A stretch of DNA of 64,000 bases from Vulcanimicrobiota bacterium (GCA_050250895.1 JBFWNU010000001.1:320001-384000); one strand, 5' to 3'; numbered from the stretch's first letter, positions 37,627 through 48,258 are shown. The notes: a model not told the origin generated them from the sequence alone. Numbers and translations: made by a program.

Positions 37627-38571
37627 ATGTCAGCCGCAACCGTGTCTTCACAAAGTTTCAAGCAACGTTCTCTAGTGGCTATCGACGACCTCGACCGCCA
37701 CGAAATCGACAAGGTGCTCGAGGTGGCCGCCGAACTCGAGGGCCAGCATCTCGATGCCCTCAGCGGCCACCAGGTGGCCCTGGTCTTCTACGAGGCCAGC
37801 ACCCGCACATACAACAGCTTCGTCACCGCCGTCCATCAGCTGGGCGCCTCGGTGTGCGGTTTTGCCGGGGCGGCCGGTAGCTCGGTGCAAAAAGGAGAAA
37901 CCCTCCACGACACCATCAAGATGTTCGAGGCCTACTCGGACGCCATCGTGCTGCGTCACCCCAAAGACGGCGCCGCCCGCTGGGCCGCCGACGTGAGCCG
38001 GGTGCCGGTAATCAATGCCGGTGACGGCAAGAACCAGCATCCCACTCAGACCCTGCTCGACCTGTATGCCATCAAGGCCACCCACGGCAAGATCGAAGGT
38101 CTGTCGGTGGCTCTGACCGGCGATCTCAAATACGGGCGCACTGTTCACTCGTTGGCCGAGGCCCTGTCGCTGTATCCCGACATTACCCTGCATCTGGCCG
38201 CCCCGCCCAGCCTGGAAATGCCCCCCTATCTGGTGGACCACCTGACCCGCTCCGGGGTCAAGGTGCATGTCCACGAGCGCCTCGAGGATGTGACCCACGA
38301 GGTAGACATCCTCTACGTCACCCGCATCCAACGCGAGCGCATGCCCGACGAGATGGAGTACGAGCAGGTTCGCGGAGCCTATCGGCTCACAGCCGACATG
38401 CTCAAGGGGGTGCGCGAAGGGCTGCGAGTGCTCCATCCCCTGCCCCGGGTCGACGAGATCGCGCCTTGTGTCGACGACACGCCCTATGCCTACTATTTCC
38501 AGCAAGCCGCCGGAGGGGTCCATGTCCGCAAGGCCCTGCTCTGGCTGATCCTGACGGGAGGTTCCAAGTGA
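37627..38571 (+). CDS. pyrB: Aspartate carbamoyltransferase catalytic subunit
   Basis: EASTRT, KGETL.DT, NAGDG..HPTQ, GDLKYGRTVHS, HPLPR. Confidence 0.97.
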   Translation: MSAATVSSQSFKQRSLVAIDDLDRHEIDKVLEVAAELEGQHLDALSGHQVALVFYEASTRTYNSFVTAVHQLGASVCGFAGAAGSSVQKGETLHDTIKMFEAYSDAIVLRHPKDGAARWAADVSRVPVINAGDGKNQHPTQTLLDLYAIKATHGKIEGLSVALTGDLKYGRTVHSLAEALSLYPDITLHLAAPPSLEMPPYLVDHLTRSGVKVHVHERLEDVTHEVDILYVTRIQRERMPDEMEYEQVRGAYRLTADMLKGVREGLRVLHPLPRVDEIAPCVDDTPYAYYFQQAAGGVHVRKALLWLILTGGSK

Positions 38572-39041
38572 CCGTGGCAGCCCAGAAAACCACTAGAGAA
38601 TTCCGCGTCTTTCGTATCGAGAACGGGATCGTCATCGACCACATCCCCCATTGGAGCGCCTATAAAGTGCTCGATATCCTGGGCCTGCGCGGCACCGACT
38701 CGCTGGTGACCGTAGGCTTTGGCCTCAACAGTGAAGAGATGGGTCGCAAAGATCTGGTCAAGGTCGAGAATCTCGAGCTGACCGCTCGCGATATCAACCG
38801 CATCGCTCTGGTGGCTCCCAACGCCACCATCAACCGTATTCAAGACTCGCAGATCGTCGACAAGTTCAAGGTGCGCTTGCCCGACCGTATCACCGGCCTG
38901 GTGCGCTGCACCAACCCCGGCTGCATCACCCACGGCGAACCGGCTCCGGCTCGCTACTACACCCTCAATCGCGAGCCCGTCCAGCTGCGCTGCCACTACT
39001 GCCGCCACATCTCTTCGGGCGACGCCATCGAGTTGCTGTGA
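38568..39041 (+). CDS. pyrI: Aspartate carbamoyltransferase regulatory subunit
   Basis: IENGIVIDHI, KDLVKVE, APNATIN, CTNPGCIT...CHYC. Confidence 0.95.
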   Translation: MTVAAQKTTREFRVFRIENGIVIDHIPHWSAYKVLDILGLRGTDSLVTVGFGLNSEEMGRKDLVKVENLELTARDINRIALVAPNATINRIQDSQIVDKFKVRLPDRITGLVRCTNPGCITHGEPAPARYYTLNREPVQLRCHYCRHISSGDAIELL

Positions 39042-40243
39042 GCCGTCTGCTGGTGCAAGGCCGACTGGTGGACCCCGAGTGGGGAGTGCGCCACGGCCAG
39101 GTGCTCATCGAAAACGGTCGCATCACCCGGGTGGGCGACGGTTTGGGCCGTCCCGACCTGGCATTCGGTGACGACTGCCTGGTTTTTCCCGGGTTTGGCG
39201 ACATCCATGTGCATCTGCGCGAAGGCCAGGAATACAAAGAGGATTATGCTTCAGGCAGCGCCGCCGCCCTGGCCGGCGGGGTCACTTTCTGCCTGGACAT
39301 GCCCAACAACCCGGTGCCGCCGGTCGACGCCGAGACGATGGCGGCCAAGCAGGCCAAAGTGGGCGATCCGCCCATCGAGATCGGCCTTTACGCGGCCACC
39401 GGGCCCGGCACCCGGCCCTTTGGCCACGACCACTACAAATGCTTCATGGCCCACAGCATCGGGCCGCTCTACTTCGAAAAGCTCAGCGAGATCGGTCCCG
39501 CCCTCGAGCCCTATCGTGGCTGCCAGGTGACCTTTCACTGCGAAGACCCCGAGCTGCTGACCGAGGGCAAGAGCCACGAAGAAAACCGTCCTCCCGAAGC
39601 CGAGGCAGCGGCCGTCAAAGTGGCCATCGAGCTGGCCCAAAAACTCCACCTGAAAGCCAACATCGCCCATCTCTCGACGGCCTCGGGGCTCGAGCTGCTG
39701 CTTGCTCATCCCCACATCACCCGCGAGGTGACCCCCACGCACCTGTTCTTCGACACCGAGAATCGCCACCAGTTCGAACGCTCCGAGCTGCTCAAGATGA
39801 ACCCGCCCCTGCGCGGTCCCGACCATCGCCGGGCTCTGCTCGAAGCCTTCAAGCAGGGCCAGATCCACTTTCTGGCCACCGATCACGCGCCTCACACCTT
39901 AGAAGAGAAGACGACCACCAATCCCTCGGGCGTGCCCCATCTGGATACCTATGGCCTGTTCGTCAGCTGGTTGCTGGTCGAACAAGGGCTGGCTCCGGCC
40001 CACCTGGCCCGTCACGCCTGCCTGCTGCCGGGACAGTTCGTGGGCAAGAAGCTGGGCCGGCTAGCCGAGGGCTATTCTGGAGATGTGGCCGTGCTCAATC
40101 TGGGCCGACCCACCACCGTGCGGGCCGACCAGCTGCACACCAAAGCCGGCTGGTCGCCCTTCGAGGGGGTCACCTTTCCGGGCCAGGTCGAATGCACCGT
40201 GGCTCGAGGAGTCGTCTTTCGCAGTGGGGTGGCAGTCGGCTGA
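39038..40243 (+). CDS. pyrC: Dihydroorotase
   Basis: DIHVHLRE, DMPN, KMNPPLR, TDHAPH, KAGWSPFEG. Confidence 0.93.
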   Translation: MSRLLVQGRLVDPEWGVRHGQVLIENGRITRVGDGLGRPDLAFGDDCLVFPGFGDIHVHLREGQEYKEDYASGSAAALAGGVTFCLDMPNNPVPPVDAETMAAKQAKVGDPPIEIGLYAATGPGTRPFGHDHYKCFMAHSIGPLYFEKLSEIGPALEPYRGCQVTFHCEDPELLTEGKSHEENRPPEAEAAAVKVAIELAQKLHLKANIAHLSTASGLELLLAHPHITREVTPTHLFFDTENRHQFERSELLKMNPPLRGPDHRRALLEAFKQGQIHFLATDHAPHTLEEKTTTNPSGVPHLDTYGLFVSWLLVEQGLAPAHLARHACLLPGQFVGKKLGRLAEGYSGDVAVLNLGRPTTVRADQLHTKAGWSPFEGVTFPGQVECTVARGVVFRSGVAVG

Positions 40244-41256
40244 TGTACGAATCGGTTTTGCGACCGTTGCTGTTTCGCTTCGATTCAGAAACGGTCCACC
40301 ACCTGGCCAGCGACGGGATGCGCCAGCTCTGTCGCATTCGCCCGCTGCAACGAGCCCTGACGGCCGTGCTGCAGGTGCAAGACCCCGTCCAGCTGTTGGG
40401 CCTGACTTTTCCCAACCGCATCGGTCTGGCGGCCGGTTTCGACAAAAACGCCCGTTTTATCGCGGCCGCTGAAGCCCTCGGCTTTGGCCATGTCGAGGTG
40501 GGTGCGGTCACCCCGAGGCCCCAGCCCGGTCATCCCCGCCCCCGCCTTTTTCGTCTGCCCCAGCAACAGGGCTTGCGCAACCGCATGGGCTTCAACAACG
40601 AGGGAGCGCTAGCCGTGGGGGCCCGGCTGGCCCGCCGTAGCGCACGCATCCCCGTCGGGGTCAATCTGGGCAAGGGCAAGGAGACGCCCCTGGAGGGGGC
40701 GGCCGAGGACTACTGCGCCAGTCTCGAATTGCTTTTCGGCTACAGCGACTTCTTCGTGGTCAATGTCTCGAGCCCCAATACCGAGGGCTTGCGCGACCTG
40801 CAGAGCCAGCTGGCCAGCCTGCTTGAGCGACTGCAGGCCTCGAACCAGCTTTGCAGCGACCGATTCGGCCTGTCCCGACGGCCCATTCTGGTCAAAGTCA
40901 GTCCCGACTTAGAGGATGAGAGTCTGGCCCGAGTGGCCGAGGTGCTTACCAAGCAGGCGGCCGGGGTAGTGGCCACCAACACCACTTCGCTGCGCCAGGG
41001 AGCGTTGGCCGGAGTCGATCCCCTGGGGGGCGTGTCCGGGCGGCCGCTGCGCGAACGGGCTCTCGAGGTGGTGAGCCGCCTGCGCCAGTTGACCGGAAGA
41101 GGCTATCCCATCATCGGAGTGGGTGGGGTCGACGACCCCGAGTCGGCCCGGGCCATGCGGGCCGCTGGCGCGGACCTGGTTCAGATCTACACCGGTTTTG
41201 TCTATCGAGGCCCGGGGTTGCCCCACCGGTTGGCCCTGGCCCTCAGAGGAGGTTGA
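40243..41256 (+). CDS. pyrD: Dihydroorotate dehydrogenase (quinone, class 2)
   Basis: GLAAGFDKN, NRMGFNN, NVSSPNT, KVSPD, GGVSG. Confidence 0.95.
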   Translation: MYESVLRPLLFRFDSETVHHLASDGMRQLCRIRPLQRALTAVLQVQDPVQLLGLTFPNRIGLAAGFDKNARFIAAAEALGFGHVEVGAVTPRPQPGHPRPRLFRLPQQQGLRNRMGFNNEGALAVGARLARRSARIPVGVNLGKGKETPLEGAAEDYCASLELLFGYSDFFVVNVSSPNTEGLRDLQSQLASLLERLQASNQLCSDRFGLSRRPILVKVSPDLEDESLARVAEVLTKQAAGVVATNTTSLRQGALAGVDPLGGVSGRPLRERALEVVSRLRQLTGRGYPIIGVGGVDDPESARAMRAAGADLVQIYTGFVYRGPGLPHRLALALRGG

Positions 41257-41257
41257 T

Positions 41258-41893
41258 GTGAGTTTTGCCCAGTTCTTGCTGCGCTCGGGGGTGATGCAGT
41301 TCGGTCAATTTCGACTCAAGAGCGGAGCCAGTTCTCCCTATTTCCTGAACTTTGGCGAGGTGTCCTCAGGGGCCGAGTTGCGCGAACTGGGTGGTTTTCT
41401 GGCCGGGCTGATCAAGGCCCGGGTCCCCGGAGCCAACGTGGTCCTGGGTCCTCCCTACAAGGCCATTTCCATGGCGGTGGCCACCGCCATGCAACTCGAC
41501 CGTAGGGGCCAGCCCTGCGCTTTTCTAACCTTTCGCAAGGAAGAAAAGGCTCACGGCGAGGGCGGAATGTTCCTGGGGCACCACCTCAGCAACAGCGACC
41601 GCATCGTGCTGGTCGACGACGTGATGACCTCGGGCCAGACCAAGCTCGAGGCCCTCGAGATGATTCGGGCCGAAGCCTGCCGGCTGGGGCTCGAACCGCC
41701 CCGCTTCGAGGCCGTGGTGGTAGGGGTCGACCGGCAAGAAGCCGAGGGAGCGGTCACGGCGGCCCAGGCCTTTACGGCCGAAACCGGCCTGCCGGTGTTT
41801 TCCGTGGCCACCATCCGCGAACTGGCCGACGAACTCGAGGGTGAAATCAGCCCGGACCACCATCGAGCGCTGCGGGAGTATCTCGAGCGATGA
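41258..41893 (+). CDS. pyrE: Orotate phosphoribosyltransferase
   Basis: FGQFRLKSG.SPYF, RKEEK.HGEGG, LVDDVMTSG. Confidence 0.95.
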   Translation: MSFAQFLLRSGVMQFGQFRLKSGASSPYFLNFGEVSSGAELRELGGFLAGLIKARVPGANVVLGPPYKAISMAVATAMQLDRRGQPCAFLTFRKEEKAHGEGGMFLGHHLSNSDRIVLVDDVMTSGQTKLEALEMIRAEACRLGLEPPRFEAVVVGVDRQEAEGAVTAAQAFTAETGLPVFSVATIRELADELEGEISPDHHRALREYLER

Positions 41894-42687
41894 CCTTCCT
41901 TGAACGCTTAGAGGGCTCGGCGCGAGCCACCGGCAATCTGCTCTGCCTGGGTCTTGACCCGGTGCCCGAGCGTATCGAGCCGCTCGGAGTCGACATCGAG
42001 ACTTTTCTCGAGCGCATCCTCGAACGACTCGAGGGCGAAGAGTGTCTGCCTTCGACCCTCAAGCCAAACCTGGCCTATTTTGAACAATTCGGCTCGAAGG
42101 GTTGGGCCATGCTCGAGCGCCTGCTCGAGGGCTGGTCCTCGAAATGCCTGATCATTGCCGACGCCAAACGCGGCGACATCGGTCGTTCCAGCGAGGCCTA
42201 CGCCCGAGCCATGTTCGAGCACCTGAAGGCCGACGCGGTCACCGTCTCGCCGTGGATGGGAGCCGACTCGATAGCTCCTTTCCTAGCACGGGCTCCTCAG
42301 CGAGGCACCTACCTGCTGGTGCGCACCTCGAACCCCGGTCACGCCGATCTGCAGGCGGCTACCTGGCAAAGTCTGGCCACGCGGGTGCGCGAATGGAAGG
42401 CGGGCGCGGTCGTGGGAGCCACCTCGGTGGAGGATCTAGCCCGAGCTGTCGAGTTGCTGGGCCCCGAGGTACCGCTTCTAATTCCCGGCGTGGGAACTCA
42501 GGGCGGCGAGGCCACGGCCGTCATGCAGGCTTTGGGCGCCGAGCCCTGGCGCCATCGGGTCAACGTCTCGTCCGCCATTCTCTATGCCTATGAGCAGCAC
42601 CCAGAACTCGACTTTTCGGCTGCCGCCAGCCGGGCCGCCAAAGCCTACGCGAAAAGCCTTAGCCCCCACCGCCCCCACAACCACTAG
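41890..42687 (+). CDS. pyrF: Orotidine-5'-phosphate decarboxylase
   Basis: LCLGLDP, KPN.AYF, DAKRGDIG, RTSN, PGVG.QGG. Confidence 0.95.
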   Translation: MTFLERLEGSARATGNLLCLGLDPVPERIEPLGVDIETFLERILERLEGEECLPSTLKPNLAYFEQFGSKGWAMLERLLEGWSSKCLIIADAKRGDIGRSSEAYARAMFEHLKADAVTVSPWMGADSIAPFLARAPQRGTYLLVRTSNPGHADLQAATWQSLATRVREWKAGAVVGATSVEDLARAVELLGPEVPLLIPGVGTQGGEATAVMQALGAEPWRHRVNVSSAILYAYEQHPELDFSAAASRAAKAYAKSLSPHRPHNH

Positions 42688-43561
42688 CAGTATCGGGATA
42701 AGGAGTGACCGAGGCCTCGGGCACGATGGTGTTGACCGGGGTCACGCCAGCGCTGGTGACATCGTAGACATACCACCAGTCGTCGTTACTTCCGGTGGTG
42801 GGAGCCACCTGAGTGTCCACCAGGCCGTTGACGTCAAAGACCTGCACCTGAGCGTTCGAGCCGACCAGCGTTCCCGTGCCCGAGAAGCGATTGACCGCAT
42901 AGCGATAAGTGCCGGGGCTAAAGCCTGTGATGGTGATGACTTCTGGTCCGAAGCTGCTGGTGTCGTCGATGTCCAGCGAGGCGTTGGGACAACTGGTCAA
43001 AGAGCCCTTCCTCGAAAAGAAGACATGAAAAGGCATCGTCGAGGGCAGCCACAGATGCGAATCGAGGTCGCGGGGCTCGCTGCCCCAGGTCAGCACGAAA
43101 CGAAGCTGCCCCGGAAGCAGAGGCTGCAGCCCGGTCAGCGGGTCACTCAAGTTGGCCACGATGCTGGTAACCTGCCCGACCAAAATGGTGGCTGTGGTCT
43201 GAAAGTTGCCGATGGGTTGTCCGCTATTGTCGAGGGCCGTCACCAAAATCAGAAAGGTGCCGGCCGGAACGTCGAGCACGTTCACGGTGACCGTCTGGCT
43301 GTTGGCGGGGCGGCTGACCCGAGTCTGCGGAATGACCGGCTGATTGGGAGTGGTGGTGGTCAACACATCGACGGCCACGCTCTCGGTGGTGCCCTGGGCC
43401 AGCACCTGTTCAGAGCGCGGCAGGGCCGAGAAGTCTACCCGCAGACTCAAGTTCGTGCGCGGTACCTGACCGGTCGAGGAGGGACTGCCCCCGGCCACGC
43501 CCTCGCCCCCACCACACGCAACTAGCGCCAACAGGCACAAGACGACTACTACTTGTCGCAT
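42659..43561 (-). CDS. Lipoprotein with YfaP/DUF2135-like domain
   Basis: Lipobox LVAC; LTW...DLDSHL, LDIDD...GPE.I. Confidence 0.8.
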   Translation of the reverse strand: MRQVVVVLCLLALVACGGGEGVAGGSPSSTGQVPRTNLSLRVDFSALPRSEQVLAQGTTESVAVDVLTTTTPNQPVIPQTRVSRPANSQTVTVNVLDVPAGTFLILVTALDNSGQPIGNFQTTATILVGQVTSIVANLSDPLTGLQPLLPGQLRFVLTWGSEPRDLDSHLWLPSTMPFHVFFSRKGSLTSCPNASLDIDDTSSFGPEVITITGFSPGTYRYAVNRFSGTGTLVGSNAQVQVFDVNGLVDTQVAPTTGSNDDWWYVYDVTSAGVTPVNTIVPEASVTPYPDTASGCGGGGG

Positions 43562-43677
43562 CGACACACTCCCACAGTTTGATTTGGGCCACGTTACCCT
43601 AGCTGACGGCCACCGTCAAGCGTTGCCGGAAGGTTCCTGGCGCAGGGCTGTCCCCTGACGTCTCGAAGCTTGCCCGA

Positions 43678-44778
43678 ATGCGGTTGCTGCATACCTCCGA
43701 CTGGCATCTGGGCAAAGTGTTCCATGGCTCGTCGTTGCTTGAAGATCAGGCCTACATCCTCGACCAGATCGTCTCGCTGATTCGCGATCTCAAGGTCAAG
43801 GTGATGGTGGTCAGCGGTGATGTCTTCGACCGTTCCACTCCGACGCCCGACTCGGTCCGCGTGCTCGAGCAGGTGTTGTCGACCATCATCCTCGATCTCA
43901 AGTGCCAGGTGGTTTTGATGGAGGGCCAGCATGACCGGCTCGAGCGGCTGGGGTTTGCCTCGCGGCTGCTGCGCGAGCGCGGCCTGCACGTCATCTCCAC
44001 CCTGGCCCAATGCCTGACTCCCCTGACCATCGAAGAGGTCGACCTCTGGACCGTGCCCTATCTCGAAGCCAAGACGGTGCGAGCCTTCACCCGGCGCGAG
44101 GAGGTGCACGACTCGCTGGCCGCCTGTCGAGTGATGCTAGAGCACATCCATACCCTGCTACCGAAGAAGTCCCCCCGGCGCGCCCTCTTCTGTTACGGCC
44201 TGGTCGAGGGCATCGAACCGGCCGGTTCGGAGCGACGCCTCGCTCCCGCTTCCACACCCGCGCTCTCCCGCAAGCTGCTCGAACCCTTCCTCTACAGTGG
44301 CCTGGGCTACGTTCACCACCCTCTCGAACTGAAGGCCTCGAGTGTTCGCTACGCCGGCTCTCCGCTCAAGTATTCGTTTGCCGAGGCCAACGCCAACAAA
44401 TCGATCGTAGTGGCCGACTTCACCTCGGACGCCGTCCGGGTGGAACTCTTTCCGCTCAGTCCACGACGCGAAGTGCGGCGATTGGAGGGAACGGTCAAGA
44501 AGTTGCTCACCGGGGCTCACGGTGGGGCCCGCGGCGACTATATCGCCCTGATCAGCACCGACCGCGAATTGACCGTCGACGAGGCCGACGAGATGCGCGA
44601 GCGTTTTCCCAATCTGCTTCACATCGAGGGCCCGCCGCCGGACCATCACGATTGGGATCTGCGCCGTCTTGATCCGGTCCATCTCTTCGGACAGTTCTTT
44701 CGCGAGGTCACCGGCGCCGAACTCGAACCCGACCAGCGTGAGGTCATCCATCAGTTGGCTCAAAGCGAGGACGAGTGA
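43678..44778 (+). CDS. sbcD: Nuclease SbcCD subunit D (degenerate motifs)
   Basis: LHTSDWHLG, SGDVFD, YAGSPLKYSF.E. Confidence 0.88.
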   Translation: MRLLHTSDWHLGKVFHGSSLLEDQAYILDQIVSLIRDLKVKVMVVSGDVFDRSTPTPDSVRVLEQVLSTIILDLKCQVVLMEGQHDRLERLGFASRLLRERGLHVISTLAQCLTPLTIEEVDLWTVPYLEAKTVRAFTRREEVHDSLAACRVMLEHIHTLLPKKSPRRALFCYGLVEGIEPAGSERRLAPASTPALSRKLLEPFLYSGLGYVHHPLELKASSVRYAGSPLKYSFAEANANKSIVVADFTSDAVRVELFPLSPRREVRRLEGTVKKLLTGAHGGARGDYIALISTDRELTVDEADEMRERFPNLLHIEGPPPDHHDWDLRRLDPVHLFGQFFREVTGAELEPDQREVIHQLAQSEDE

Positions 44779-47700
44779 GGCCCCTTCGACTCGAAATGCA
44801 AGCCTTCGGACCCTATGCCCAACGGCAGGTGCTGGACTTTCGGTTGCTGCGGGGACGGAGCCTGTTCGTCATCCACGGACCGATCGGGGCCGGCAAGACC
44901 TCGATTCTAGACGCCATCTGCTTTGCTCTTTACGGAGTCTCTTCGGGCGGCGAACGGAGCGGCGACCAGCTGCGGTCGAGCCAGGTGGCGGCCAGCGTTG
45001 TTTGTCGCTGCATTCTCGACTTCGAAGTGGGGGGCAAGGCCTATCGCGTCGAGCGGATGCCCGACCAGGAGCGACCCAAGAAAGTGGGCGAAGGAACCAC
45101 CCTCGAGCCCCGTTCGGCCACCCTGTGGGGCTTGCCCGAGGCGGGCGACCCTCGCGACGAAGACCTGGTGACCGGCAGCTGGAGCGGCGTCAATCGGGCC
45201 GTGGAGCGGCTTCTTGGGGTACGCAGTCACCAGTTCTGCCAGGCGGCCGTGCTGCCCCAGGGCCAGTTTCGCCGGTTTCTGCTGGCCAATAACGAAGAAC
45301 GGGAAGAAATTCTGGCCACCCTGTTCGCCACTCGCCCACTGCTGGAGTTGCAAGAACGCCTGCGCCGCCGGGCCGAAGAAGGCAAGAACCAGCTCAAAGG
45401 CATCTGGAAGGCTCGCGAAGCCCTGGTGGTGGAAGCCGAAGTGGCCGGGGCCGACGATTTCTATGGCGAGCTCGAAGACAGCCAGGAACTGTTGCGCATC
45501 ACCGAGAGCGCTATTACCGAGCTGGAAAATTCTCAAGAACAGATGGCCGAGGCCATCGAGCGAGCGACCCTCTTTCGCTCGCTCTCGGAAGAGCGCGAAC
45601 ACGCCAGTCGCGACCTGCGACTGCTAGAAGCGCAGCCAGACCAGCGCCAGAACCTCAAACGAGCCCGCAAGGCCCACGAACTGCTTCCCTATCGCGAAGA
45701 ACTCGAGCGCAGTCGCAAAGAGGTGGCTCGTTGCGAGGCCGAGTTGCTCGAGTCGCGCGAAGCCTTGCGCGAGGCTCGTCAACAGCGTGAGGGGTTAGAC
45801 GCCACGCTGGCGGCCGCCCACGAGCGCGAAGAGGAGCGCTTCGAACTCAAGCACCTGTTAGAGCGACTCGAGACAGCTGGCCAGGAGTTCGAGGAACTCG
45901 AAGACCTGGAGAATCGTCTGGCCGAGCAGCAACAAGAGGTCATCGCGCTGAGCGAGCGCCGTGACCAGCTGCAGGCCGCTCTGGCCCTGGGCACCCGCAA
46001 GCTCAAGACCGCCGACAAGCGACTCCACGACTCGGCCACCGCCCGCGCCGACGCCAAGACCCTGCGGTTGGAACTAGAGCAATCCCGTCGCCAGCTGCGC
46101 CAGGTCGAGCAATATGAAAAACTCACCGCCAGTCTGGCTAACCTGCGCGTCACCATCGAAAAGCTGGATCATCGCCAGGAGACCCTCGAAGAGCGGGTGG
46201 TCGAGATTACCGGCGAGGTAGCCGAACTCGAACAAGAGCGCCTGCGCACGCTGGCCTGGCAGCTGGCCGAAACGCTGGTGTCCGGAGCCCCCTGCCCGGT
46301 GTGCGGCTCACAGGAGCACCCCCAGCCTTGTCAGCGCCACGAAATGGAGGAGCTGTCCGAGACCCGCCTCGAGCATCGCCAGGCCCAGTTGGGCAAAGCC
46401 CAGGGAATGCTGGCTCGCCATCTGCGCGAGAAGGCTGACCAGGTGCTGTTGATGGCCCGTCTGGAGGAGCGCCTGGAAGGCCTGCAAGAGGAGTTCGACC
46501 CCGACCTGGACTGGGAGGCACTCAACAAACAGGTCACCGAAGCAACCCAGCAACTGAAGTATCTCGAGCAACTGGTCAGCCAGCGGCCCAAGCTGCTGGA
46601 CACCCTCGACCGTCTCAAGAAACGCCAGGCCCAGATCGAGGCCAAATTGACCGAGCTTGCTCCCCGTTTGCGCCAGGCCGAAAAAGAACGCGACCGGACC
46701 GAGGGAGCCGTGCTCAGCCGGCGCGAGAAGCTCGACGAAGAGTTTGCCAACATCGACTCGATCGAAGAATCTCAGCAGCTTGCCCGACAGCGTCTGGCTG
46801 AACTCGAGGCGATGCCCACCCCCAGTGCCCAGGCCGAGATCCTGGCGTCGGTCTATGCCGAGCAGCTGGCCGAGACCCGAGCCCGCGAGCTGGCCCTCGA
46901 AACCGCGCTGGGAAGGGTGCGCGAGCTGTTCGACCAATTCAGCGACCGGCTCGAGGCGGCGGGCTTTGTGGATGAGGTCGACCTGATGAGCTGCCTGGGC
47001 GAGTCGGGTTCAGACCCTACCTCGGACCTGCAAGAACTCGAGGCGCGCCTCGAGGCCGCCCGCGAGCGCCTCGATCGGGCCGAGACTGCCCTGCACAAAT
47101 CGGTCGAGCCGGCCGACGACCTGCACCGTCTGCGCGCTCGCCGCGAGACCAGTCGCGAGGAGCTGCGCGAGCGGATGACCCAGAAGGCCGAGTTGGAGAA
47201 CAAAATCCGCCGGCTGGAAGAGTCGGTGAAGCAATACAATGACCTGGTGGCCCAGATTCAAAAGCTGGATCCCGAAGTGGCTCGCCTGCGCAAACTGGCC
47301 CGGGTGGCCCGGGGCGACAACAAACCCAAGCTCAGCTTTCATGCCTATCTGCTGGCTCGATTATTCGGACGCGTGCTGGCCTCGGCCAACGGTCGCCTGG
47401 CTTTGCTCACGCGGGGCCGCTATCGGCTGATGTCCGACCCCAAGGGCTTCGGCCTCGAGATTTACGACCGCAACAGCGGGGCCAACCGCTCGGTGACCAC
47501 CCTTTCCGGAGGCGAGAGCTTTCTGGCCTCGTTGGCCCTGGCCCTGGGGCTGGCCGACACCGTGCGGGCCAGCGACGGCGAAGCTCGCCTGGAGACGATG
47601 TTCATCGATGAAGGCTTCGGCAACCTCGACACCGAGTCGCTGGAACTGGCCATTCAGGCCCTGATGGCGCTCGAGGAAGAGGGCCGCTTGATCGGGGTCA

Positions 47701-47795
47701 TCTCGCATGTCGACCAGCTCAACGAGCGCATCGACGCCCGCCTGGAAGTGCGGCCCGGCCCCCGCGGCAGCCGGGCCGAGATCATCCTCGACTAA
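44775..47795 (+). CDS. sbcC: Nuclease SbcCD subunit C (SMC-type ATPase)
   Basis: GPIGAGKTS, LPQGQF, CPVCGS zinc hook, LSGGE, FIDEGFG, ISHV. Confidence 0.95.
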   Translation: MRPLRLEMQAFGPYAQRQVLDFRLLRGRSLFVIHGPIGAGKTSILDAICFALYGVSSGGERSGDQLRSSQVAASVVCRCILDFEVGGKAYRVERMPDQERPKKVGEGTTLEPRSATLWGLPEAGDPRDEDLVTGSWSGVNRAVERLLGVRSHQFCQAAVLPQGQFRRFLLANNEEREEILATLFATRPLLELQERLRRRAEEGKNQLKGIWKAREALVVEAEVAGADDFYGELEDSQELLRITESAITELENSQEQMAEAIERATLFRSLSEEREHASRDLRLLEAQPDQRQNLKRARKAHELLPYREELERSRKEVARCEAELLESREALREARQQREGLDATLAAAHEREEERFELKHLLERLETAGQEFEELEDLENRLAEQQQEVIALSERRDQLQAALALGTRKLKTADKRLHDSATARADAKTLRLELEQSRRQLRQVEQYEKLTASLANLRVTIEKLDHRQETLEERVVEITGEVAELEQERLRTLAWQLAETLVSGAPCPVCGSQEHPQPCQRHEMEELSETRLEHRQAQLGKAQGMLARHLREKADQVLLMARLEERLEGLQEEFDPDLDWEALNKQVTEATQQLKYLEQLVSQRPKLLDTLDRLKKRQAQIEAKLTELAPRLRQAEKERDRTEGAVLSRREKLDEEFANIDSIEESQQLARQRLAELEAMPTPSAQAEILASVYAEQLAETRARELALETALGRVRELFDQFSDRLEAAGFVDEVDLMSCLGESGSDPTSDLQELEARLEAARERLDRAETALHKSVEPADDLHRLRARRETSREELRERMTQKAELENKIRRLEESVKQYNDLVAQIQKLDPEVARLRKLARVARGDNKPKLSFHAYLLARLFGRVLASANGRLALLTRGRYRLMSDPKGFGLEIYDRNSGANRSVTTLSGGESFLASLALALGLADTVRASDGEARLETMFIDEGFGNLDTESLELAIQALMALEEEGRLIGVISHVDQLNERIDARLEVRPGPRGSRAEIILD

Positions 47796-48258
47796 AACCG
47801 GGGTAGGCGCTCGAATGGGAAACCGCGGGGATCCGCGGGGGGCGCGAAGGAGTGGCGCACAGGCGTCGGCCCTTCACGAAACGTGGGCGCAGGTTAGATC
47901 GAACACGGAGAACCGGAGAGCACGGAGGGGGTTGCAGGTTTTGGGGAGTATGCTTCTAACGATTCTTATGGCTGACGCCGGTGCGGCTGAAAGGTCGTTC
48001 CACCGTAGGTTTTGATCGGCAACCTCCGAGCACCAAGCTTTTGGAGGTAGCCGCCGCTGGCGCCTCCCCAGTCCGTGGTCACGACTCAAGCGCGCACATC
48101 CAGGTCCAACGTTGCCCCCGCGTATACTGCCAGGGTGCGCTCGCCTTGCGGTCAGTAGCGGTTCTGGAATCAACCCGGCAGTGGAGAGCCCAGACCCCCA
48201 GGCGGACATACCCAGGTCGGCCAGGTTAACGCCCGGCGAAACCGCCGAGATCAGAGAT

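Noticed and set aside
39439-40242. Long N-terminal extension of PyrD (605-aa ORF)
   Set aside because: Overlaps pyrC out of frame; the ATG at 40243 couples to the pyrC stop.
47796-48258. Possible tRNA, att site or gene after sbcC
   Set aside because: No cloverleaf or T-loop motif seen, and the ORFs lack recognisable motifs; only a short CACGGAG repeat near 47904-47927. Left unexplained.
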